Part shown: positions 1 through 4,909 of the stretch, in pieces | Position numbering within the stretch: the stretch's first letter is position 1 | How the letters are laid out: each line of letters starts with the position of its first letter | Virus record (IMG/VR): IMGVR_UViG_2706794664_000014 | Source: a virus | Taxonomy: Duplodnaviria; Heunggongvirae; Uroviricota; Caudoviricetes | Length of the DNA stretch: 6,239 bases | Direction: 5' to 3' (one strand) | Notes under the pieces: model-generated | Databases searched by the model: none | Seen by the model: the letters and a program-made list of their open reading frames with translations, nothing else | What the model was told of the DNA's origin: nothing | Made by a program: the position numbers and the translations under genes

Positions 1-664
1 CTGTGTTGTTCTGAGGTGAGCATATCACCTCTGTTCAGGTGGCCAAATTCAGTGTGCCACTTCACTTAGCAGCACCTAAGCAACAATTGACTAACAGATT
101 CGGTAGAGTCTATCTCATAGGTCAACTTCATAAACTCAGAGCTAAGTTACCTTGAAAGATTCTACCAAGAACTACACAGGTGTTATTTAGTCTGACTGTG
201 AAGGGATATTTAACGGGAGAAGAGATACGATATAACCCGAAGGGAGAGTATCATCTTAACAATTATCTTAAGAATAAAAACTGAAAAACTCTTAACAGAT
301 AACCACCTAGAAAGAAGGGAACGATAAGACCAGAGGTAGTGACCTGTTAAACAGGCTGTTTCAAAGTCTCTTAAATAAGTAAGGTCATGTGAACAATCTT
401 ACCATTTTGTCAATGCTTTTGTCTTTGACCTAAATCAATAAAATGTATCGTTTGATATGCTTTTAAACAAAATAGCTAAAAAATCTTTTTTTAGAGGGGC
501 GCTTCGCTTGGGGTCACTATGAATGATTTTTCTCTCGCTAAGAGAGCGCTTACAGAGGTCTTTCAAATCTCAATAGCCAGCCGAGGAACACAGGAAACCG
601 AGGGAAGAAAAACTATTGTGATTACCTTGAACAAGGTCTGTAAAGGTCGTTTAAGAGGTCGGTT

Positions 665-856
665 NNNNNNNNNNNNNNNNNNNNNNNNNNNNNNNNNNNN
701 NNNNNNNNNNNNNNNNNNNNNNNNNNNNNNNNNNNNNNNNNNNNNNNNNNNNNNNNNNNNNNNNNNNNNNNNNNNNNNNNNNNNNNNNNNNNNNNNNNNN
801 NNNNNNNNNNNNNNNNNNNNNNNNNNNNNNNNNNNNNNNNNNNNNNNNNNNNNNNN
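665..856. other. Run of 192 N (unresolved or masked sequence)
   Basis: Directly visible N-run; nothing inside can be annotated. Six-frame ORFs crossing it (poly-X translations) are artefacts. Confidence 1.
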
Positions 857-939
857 TTACTGTCAGAGAGGCGAATGCTTGATAGATACAGCTTTCCGGT
901 TCTGTCAAGCTATTTTTTAATAGATAGCACAAAATGCTA

Positions 940-1016
940 AAGACACCCCTGTACCATAGACTTCTATCTGTCATCTCGTGCAGGGGTTTTGAAGGAGTTT
1001 AACGGGGGTCTGTGTG
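940..1016 (+). repeat. Degenerate or partly deleted copy of the intergenic inverted-arm element (hairpin plus right-arm remnant)
   Basis: 997-1016 gtttaac-gggggtctgtgtg matches the right arm of copy 1 (gtttaac...gaagaggtctgtgtg) with about 21 nt missing. 10-mer ggtctgtgtg is shared between 1007-1016 and 1282-1291. The acccctg motif (945-951) recurs in the spacer of copy 2 (tacccctg, about 2902-2909). 7-bp stem acccctg/caggggt at 945-951 and 981-987. Confidence 0.35.
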
Positions 1017-1175
1017 GTCGTTATCCTTAAGGTCAAGCGTCCATGTACGACCGAACAGTTTAAAGACAACAAGCACTCTGACGAGGACGTAGCGAAGTAG
1101 CAGGCCTGCAATCAGCCCAATACCTCCACCAGTCCATACATCAGGTGACCCCAGCTCAGGAGGGAGATTTACCAT
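999..1175 (-). CDS. Hypothetical small membrane protein (58 aa, one predicted hydrophobic helix)
   Basis: Only open frame in this GC-richer island. Minus-strand ATG at 1175-1173 preceded by AAGGA with a 6-nt spacer. Translation MVNLPPELGSPDVWTGGGIGLIAGLLLRYVLVRVLVVFKLFGRTW... contains a transmembrane-like stretch. The 110-aa form from 1331 would run across the conserved intergenic repeat, so the short form is preferred. Coding status unproven. Confidence 0.3.
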   Translation of the reverse strand: MVNLPPELGSPDVWTGGGIGLIAGLLLRYVLVRVLVVFKLFGRTWTLDLKDNDHTDPR

Positions 1176-1189
1176 TAGTTTTCCTTGTA

Positions 1190-1287
1190 AGACGCTCTCA
1201 ATCGCATTCTGACACAAAAAGTACCTGACCTTATGAGTTGACCTGAAGAGGTCGTTTAACTCGTTACAGGGCGATTGAAGAGGTCTG
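1190..1287 (+). repeat. Intergenic inverted-arm element, copy 1 (left arm 1190-1221, variable centre 1222-1253, right arm 1254-1287)
   Basis: Left arm agacgctctcaatcgcattctgacacaaaaag matches 2831-2862 at 30/32. Right arm gtttaactcgttacagggcgattgaagaggtctg matches 2918-2951 at 31/34. The arms are inverted relative to each other (ctcaatcgc versus gcgattgag; terminal cagac/gtctg). Internal direct repeat gaagaggtc at 1245-1253 and 1277-1285. Confidence 0.7.
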
Positions 1288-1346
1288 TGTGCAATGCAAA
1301 ATATGCGACCAAATACATAGCCACGCCTCATATTTTACTCTCCCCA

Positions 1347-1606
1347 NNNNNNNNNNNNNNNNNNNNNNNNNNNNNNNNNNNNNNNNNNNNNNNNNNNNNN
1401 NNNNNNNNNNNNNNNNNNNNNNNNNNNNNNNNNNNNNNNNNNNNNNNNNNNNNNNNNNNNNNNNNNNNNNNNNNNNNNNNNNNNNNNNNNNNNNNNNNNN
1501 NNNNNNNNNNNNNNNNNNNNNNNNNNNNNNNNNNNNNNNNNNNNNNNNNNNNNNNNNNNNNNNNNNNNNNNNNNNNNNNNNNNNNNNNNNNNNNNNNNNN
1601 NNNNNN
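1347..1606. other. Run of 260 N (unresolved or masked sequence)
   Basis: Directly visible N-run; it hides the 5' part and start codon of the gene ending at 2039. Confidence 1.
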
Positions 1607-1607
1607 G

Positions 1608-2039
1608 AACATTGAAGCGGTCATTCGTAGCATTACGCCACGAGACAGATTTATGCCAGTACGCAAAACAACAAAGAATACTATTAAAAATTATCTGGCT
1701 AACTTTGACAGTTACGAGCAGTTACCAAGCAAGCTTGATGATGTTTTTATTGGGTTCTGTAGAAGTGAAGGCCACCCGAAATACAACAAAAAACTATTTT
1801 ATCTGCTAAAGAATCTTGACGAAATTAACGCATCCACCGTGACAAATCATCTTCAGCGACAGGCAACCAGACTTAGTTACGAATTACCAAGCGATAAATA
1901 TTGCGCTTTGCTTGCTGTGATGTGCGCGAAATTAATTGGCATTGTTGAACATCATATTGCCGTTGGGAATATTGAGCCAATGGAAAACGAGCAACCAGAT
2001 TTCGAGTTTGACCCCTATTTAGTTACAGAGGATTTTTAA
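1608..2039 (+). CDS. Hypothetical protein, 5'-truncated by the N-run (visible C-terminal 143 aa)
   Basis: Open frame from the first resolved codon (1608) to TAA at 2037-2039. Stop is immediately followed by the ATG of the next gene (translational coupling). Start lies in or before the gap; candidate starts TTG 1275 and GTG 1289 sit just after the GAGGTCTG motif but frame continuity across the gap cannot be verified. No recognisable family. Confidence 0.55.
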   Translation, partial: NIEAVIRSITPRDRFMPVRKTTKNTIKNYLANFDSYEQLPSKLDDVFIGFCRSEGHPKYNKKLFYLLKNLDEINASTVTNHLQRQATRLSYELPSDKYCALLAVMCAKLIGIVEHHIAVGNIEPMENEQPDFEFDPYLVTEDF

Positions 2040-2318
2040 ATGAATAAACACACATTAACCAGAGTTACAAAGACAGCCTTTGATGAACTGAACCGAATCA
2101 AAAACATTACAGGTCTGCCACACTCAGCAGTGATGAAGCTTGCAATTAACCGTGATATTAACGAACAGGATTTGCTTAATAGTCGCTTAGAGGCTGCAAG
2201 ACACCATATCAGGATTAAGCAAGATGACCTTGATAGTCTGAAATCCTTAAATGCTTTTGGACTGGATTTAGCAAGGTTACTAAGTATCAAAATTCACAAA
2301 CTGTCTCAGGAGGTCTGA
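2040..2318 (+). CDS. Small DNA-binding-like protein, possible ribbon-helix-helix (Arc/MetJ/CopG-type) regulator, 92 aa
   Basis: ATG 2040 directly after the upstream stop; SD AGAGGA at 2027-2032 with 7-nt spacer. N-terminus TLTRVTKTAFDELNRIKNITGLPHSAVMKLAINR fits a beta-strand / helix / turn / helix pattern typical of RHH folds. Pattern-based only, no search run. Confidence 0.5.
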   Translation: MNKHTLTRVTKTAFDELNRIKNITGLPHSAVMKLAINRDINEQDLLNSRLEAARHHIRIKQDDLDSLKSLNAFGLDLARLLSIKIHKLSQEV

Positions 2319-2320
2319 TT

Positions 2321-2593
2321 ATGAAGCAATGGCGAGATGATATTAAACGGTTCTTTGCAACTTACTTCATGATTAATTATGAGACAGGAATGCTTGAATG
2401 GATTGATGGTGGAGAGGTTAAGACAAGAGATGATGCTTACGGTAATCCAATGATTCGTTATGGCACTCGTGATTATTATCTGAAGTATGTCATCTGGTTT
2501 TTGCATCATGAAGTTCAGGCAACTAAAAAGATTATCTTCAGGGATGGTAATAAAAGAAATTGCCACCCAAACAATTTACTCCTGGAGATTTAA
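2321..2593 (+). CDS. HNH-like small protein (90 aa) with a divergent HNH_3-type C-terminal motif
   Basis: SD AGGAGG at 2308-2313, 7-nt spacer, ATG 2321. C-terminus YLKYVIWFLHHEV...KKIIFRDGNKRNCHPNNLLLEI resembles the DGNK-x-NN...NL signature of phage HNH_3 homing endonucleases as I recall it, but the His usually preceding DG is replaced by F-R, so catalytic competence is uncertain. Confidence 0.5.
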   Translation: MKQWRDDIKRFFATYFMINYETGMLEWIDGGEVKTRDDAYGNPMIRYGTRDYYLKYVIWFLHHEVQATKKIIFRDGNKRNCHPNNLLLEI

Positions 2594-2793
2594 TGTTATG
2601 TATTAAATTCGAATATTTGACAGATAAAATGATTAAGCATGTATCAGACCTGCTCATCAAAGAAGGTGGTTTCGGTGATGCTTGCAATCCAAAAGATATC
2701 TTCATTCATGCCACCAGCCCAAACGCAACACTAAAGACAGCAGTTACAGCGGAATGGTTTGAACGAAATAAAGCGGAATTAGGTTATTGGTAG
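2593..2793 (+). CDS. Hypothetical small protein (66 aa)
   Basis: ATG 2593-2595 overlaps the upstream TAA (TAATG coupling); GGAG at 2584-2587 with 5-nt spacer; open to TAG at 2791-2793. The six-frame track starts this ORF at 2560, but the RBS supports 2593. Confidence 0.45.
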   Translation: MLCIKFEYLTDKMIKHVSDLLIKEGGFGDACNPKDIFIHATSPNATLKTAVTAEWFERNKAELGYW

Positions 2794-2830
2794 TCCGAGA
2801 CTTTAAGAGAAATTAGAAAAACAGCTTATC

Positions 2831-2951
2831 AGACGCTCTCAATCGCATTCTAACGCAAAAAACTATCTTATTTTAGGGTGGGTAATACCACTGTACAGGC
2901 TACCCCTGAAAAAGACTGTTTAGCTCGTTACAGAGCGATTGAGGAGGTCTG
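2831..2951 (+). repeat. Intergenic inverted-arm element, copy 2 (left arm 2831-2862, variable centre 2863-2917, right arm 2918-2951)
   Basis: Arms near-identical to copy 1 while the centre differs in sequence and length (55 versus 32 nt). As RNA the arms could pair into a roughly 17-bp imperfect stem (cagacgctctcaatcgc with gcgattgaggaggtctg) plus a further taacg/cgtta extension. Confidence 0.7.
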
Positions 2952-2971
2952 GTAAAAAGGAGATTTTAAAA

Positions 2972-3295
2972 ATGAACGAATATGAATTACAGATTTTCAT
3001 TGATAGCGACACTGCTATGATGGTGCAGGCTTTCGCTGATTCCGGTGTATCAATTGACCTTGATAAATTACTAAAGCTAATGGCTGAAAACTCAGAAGAA
3101 ATTGAAGACTTTATTCAGGAAATTGAAACTGGTGAACCGCGTTTTATGTTTCCTGTTACCGACTCAAACATGAAGCGTCTTATTATCGAAGAAACGAACA
3201 AATACAGCGTTAGCCCTGAAAAATATCTCAAGGCGGCTATAGCAATTTTGTATAGCGATAATATTCTGGTGACGGATTCGAAGGTGGTGCATTAA
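2972..3295 (+). CDS. Hypothetical acidic small protein (107 aa, about 21 Asp/Glu versus about 10 Lys/Arg)
   Basis: ATG 2972 preceded by AAGGAG at 2958-2963 (spacer about 8 nt). The track start TTG 2939 lies inside the repeat arm and is probably not used. Open to TAA at 3293-3295. No recognisable family. Confidence 0.6.
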   Translation: MNEYELQIFIDSDTAMMVQAFADSGVSIDLDKLLKLMAENSEEIEDFIQEIETGEPRFMFPVTDSNMKRLIIEETNKYSVSPEKYLKAAIAILYSDNILVTDSKVVH

Positions 3296-3360
3296 TGGAA
3301 TTGGTGATTATCTGTTTTGTATTGATTGGTATGATTGCAGGTGCATCTATTAAAGTATAA
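3295..3360 (+). CDS. Putative 21-aa hydrophobic peptide (MELVIICFVLIGMIAGASIKV)
   Basis: ATG 3295-3297 overlaps the last base of the upstream TAA; strong SD AAGGTGG at 3281-3287 with 7-nt spacer; single hydrophobic helix-length peptide; TAA at 3358-3360. Below the ORF-track cutoff, found by reading the sequence. Confidence 0.3.
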   Translation: MELVIICFVLIGMIAGASIKV

Positions 3361-3384
3361 ATGTTACCAATCTGTTAAAAGCTG

Positions 3385-3413
3385 TTGACAAACAACCTTG
3401 AGCATGACATAAT
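3385..3413 (+). promoter_or_regulatory. Sigma70-type promoter: -35 TTGACA (3385-3390), 17-bp spacer, extended -10 TGaCATAAT (3405-3413)
   Basis: Consensus -35 hexamer, optimal 17-bp spacing, -10 CATAAT preceded by TGn, AT-rich upstream region. Predicted start around 3420. Confidence 0.5.
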
Positions 3414-3425
3414 TGTATATATGGG

Positions 3426-3450
3426 GGAGAGCAATTCTCTCTTATTTTTT
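3426..3450 (+). promoter_or_regulatory. Promoter-proximal hairpin plus U-tract (GGAGAG-caatt-CTCTCT then tatttttt)
   Basis: 6-bp stem with one G-U pair, 5-nt loop and a T-run, about +6 to +30 from the predicted start. Candidate pause or attenuation element. Confidence 0.3.
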
Positions 3451-3582
3451 CTTTCAATAATCCGATGGATGGATATTCTGAGTTGGAAAGGTGCAATGCT
3501 TTTCGTCCTAGCCTTTCAGGTTGGTCTGAGAGGCTATCTCAAAAAGTCTTTGTTCATTCATTATTGAATCCTTTACAGCTTT

Positions 3583-3610
3583 GCCCTAATCATGAGTTAG
3601 GGCTTTCTTT
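3583..3610 (+). terminator. Candidate intrinsic terminator (stem gccctaa / ttagggc, 7-nt loop, tttcttt)
   Basis: 7-bp perfect stem at 3583-3589 and 3597-3603, followed by a T-rich tract at 3604-3610, about 190 nt downstream of the predicted start. Confidence 0.45.
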
Positions 3611-3680
3611 AAGAGTTTTTAAACAGAGCTTTTAAAGAAAGTTTTCCTGAAACTTCGTTAACGTTATAAGCAAACCTCCA

Positions 3681-3717
3681 AAGCCCTTCACAGATTATGT
3701 TTAGGGCTTTTCTTAAT
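3681..3717 (+). terminator. Second terminator-like hairpin (aagccct ... agggctt then ttcttaat), related to the first
   Basis: Shares ttagggcttt(t)ctt with the 3583-3610 hairpin; 7-bp stem with a 15-nt loop. Also overlaps a long-range inverted repeat, ttaatagagcatc (3712-3724) with ggtgctctattaa (3769-3781). Confidence 0.3.
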
Positions 3718-3810
3718 AGAGCATCTTTAATAAATCGTTAAGTCATCTTCTAAGTGTATTGGCGTTGAAGGTGCTCTATTAAGAAATAACCACACTTAGA
3801 GGAAATTATA

Positions 3811-4521
3811 ATGACAAACGATTTATATATTAACGGTAAAAAGGTTGATAGCTTCGGAGACTGGTCACCACAGGGTGAACATCCGCTACATACTATTCAG
3901 CGTCAAGAGCATGACAAGCGCATTGAGCTTGAGCAAGAGCTAAAGATGTCACCAAAGGTAATTTCCTTTGTGTCTCCTGAGCCTCAAGAAATGCCTGATA
4001 TCTGCAAAACTGAAGCACTATTTGAGCTTGAGCGTGAATATTACCCAGCTTTAAAATCACAGCGTCTTAGACTTGATGTCGCTTACGATGCTGTTAAGAA
4101 CTTCGAAGAAACCTCGAAACCTTCAGAATATGATATTGCTTACGAGATTAAGTCAAACCCGTTTATCTATTATGAAGGAAACTTTAATGATGGTTTTGGT
4201 ACAGCGATTGAAGACGTTCCTAAAGTTCTTCAAAGTATCCCTGAAGGGTTCCGGTTAATTGATGTCAGACAAGCATTAAGGGGTTCTGGTCAATTTATTC
4301 TGATGACTGATAAAACAGATGAAGAGATTCTTCAGTTAGCTGAAGCTAATTTGACTAAGCATTATTCCGGTAAACTGGATAAGTTAAAGCAAAAGCTTAA
4401 AAAAGAACTTGATACTATGAAAGAACTTGTTAGTGAATATGAGTCGCAGAAGAAGATTGCTTTGATGGCTGATATTGAGCAGTTAACGAAGATTTCTCAG
4501 AAGTATAGCAAGGCTGTTTGA
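3811..4521 (+). CDS. Hypothetical protein (236 aa) with a coiled-coil-like, Lys/Glu-rich C-terminus
   Basis: ATG 3811 preceded by GAGGA with 7-nt spacer; long uninterrupted frame to TGA at 4519-4521. No recognisable family. Sits upstream of the tape-measure-like gene, so a tail-module role is possible but unsupported. Confidence 0.7.
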   Translation: MTNDLYINGKKVDSFGDWSPQGEHPLHTIQRQEHDKRIELEQELKMSPKVISFVSPEPQEMPDICKTEALFELEREYYPALKSQRLRLDVAYDAVKNFEETSKPSEYDIAYEIKSNPFIYYEGNFNDGFGTAIEDVPKVLQSIPEGFRLIDVRQALRGSGQFILMTDKTDEEILQLAEANLTKHYSGKLDKLKQKLKKELDTMKELVSEYESQKKIALMADIEQLTKISQKYSKAV

Positions 4522-4543
4522 TTATGAATTAAAGAGGTGATTA

Positions 4544-4753
4544 ATGTTTGAAGAACGTTTAGAGACTATTCGGTCTGTTTGTGAAAACTTAAAGTTACAA
4601 ACTAAGCCAGCCTTAAGAATTAAAAACAAACGTCAAGTTATCACCTCACACAAACCAAAAACACGCAAGATTCCAAAGTGGTGTATTGACCGTATTCCTT
4701 CTGATGCTCAAATCATAGGTGAAACGGAATTACATTATCTTGTCCGACATTAA
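4544..4753 (+). CDS. Hypothetical small basic protein (69 aa)
   Basis: ATG 4544 preceded by AAGAGGTGA; the 12-mer ttaaagaggtga (4529-4540) recurs exactly at 4889-4900 upstream of the next gene. Lys/Arg-rich. TAA at 4751-4753. Confidence 0.55.
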   Translation: MFEERLETIRSVCENLKLQTKPALRIKNKRQVITSHKPKTRKIPKWCIDRIPSDAQIIGETELHYLVRH

Positions 4754-4777
4754 AAAAGAATTGGTTGGGTAAATACG

Positions 4778-4819
4778 GGGAGAGATTATCGAGTGACATC
4801 GGTAGCTCTCCCTTTTTTT
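4778..4819 (+). terminator. Rho-independent terminator (stem gggagag / ctctccc, loop about 21 nt, then ttttttt)
   Basis: 7-bp GC-rich stem at 4778-4784 and 4806-4812 immediately followed by a T7 run at 4813-4819, 25 nt after the stop of the upstream gene. Confidence 0.6.
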
Positions 4820-4909
4820 GTATGTGTGCTACGTGAAATCTGTAAAGCTAATACCCACACTGAAAAATAGAATTTACGTACAACACGCTTAAAGAGGTGA
4901 AAAATATGA

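Noticed and set aside
1-518. tRNA or tmRNA gene as an integration target
   Set aside because: No T-loop (GTTCRANYC-like) or acceptor-stem pattern found by eye; not verifiable without a scanner.
519-920. 133-aa plus-strand ORF whose N-terminal 48 codons (519-664) look protein-like
   Set aside because: Most of it is poly-X from the N-run, the RBS is weak, and the readable part overlaps repeat-like AGGTC motifs. It cannot be supported as a gene, though a short gene starting at 519 is not excluded.
651-974. Minus-strand 107-aa ORF
   Set aside because: It spans the N-run; the translation is almost entirely X.
999-1331. Long 110-aa form of the minus-strand ORF
   Set aside because: Its N-terminal half runs antisense across the conserved intergenic repeat, which is intergenic at its other copy, and is Arg/Cys/His-rich like a spurious frame. 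The 58-aa form is kept at low confidence.
1289-1666. ORFs 1289..1615 (+) and 1328..1666 (-) across the second N-run
   Set aside because: Artefacts of reading through masked bases. Only GTG 1289 is noted as a possible start of the truncated gene, with frame continuity unknown.
1612-1809. 65-aa alternate-frame ORF inside the truncated gene
   Set aside because: Nested in a different frame within a better-supported longer ORF, with no RBS.
2036-2566. Minus-strand ORFs 2036..2290 and 2306..2566
   Set aside because: Antisense to tightly coupled plus-strand genes that have clear RBSs; no initiation signals of their own.
1190-2951. Integron attC sites, retron msr/msd or CRISPR repeats as the identity of the inverted-arm elements
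   Set aside because: No GTTRRRY / RYYYAAC core sites and no integrase. No reverse transcriptase, and the 32-55 nt centres are too short for msr-msd. The arms are inverted rather than direct, only a few copies with irregular spacing, and no cas genes.
3385-3567. 60-aa ORF starting at TTG 3385 (or leaderless ATG 3421)
   Set aside because: It starts inside the -35 element, its ATG coincides with the predicted transcript start, and the frame runs through T-rich hairpin sequence. More likely a non-coding leader.
4199-4215. Repeat-arm-like motif acagcgattgaagacg inside the 3811-4521 CDS
   Set aside because: An isolated partial match in coding sequence with no partner arm; probably chance.
4073-4258. 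61-aa alternate-frame ORF inside the 3811-4521 gene
   Set aside because: Nested out of frame in a longer well-initiated ORF.
4752-4758. AAAAAAG slippery heptamer suggesting a -1 frameshift
   Set aside because: It overlaps the stop codon in the wrong register, is followed by a terminator rather than a stimulatory structure, and no downstream frame continues.
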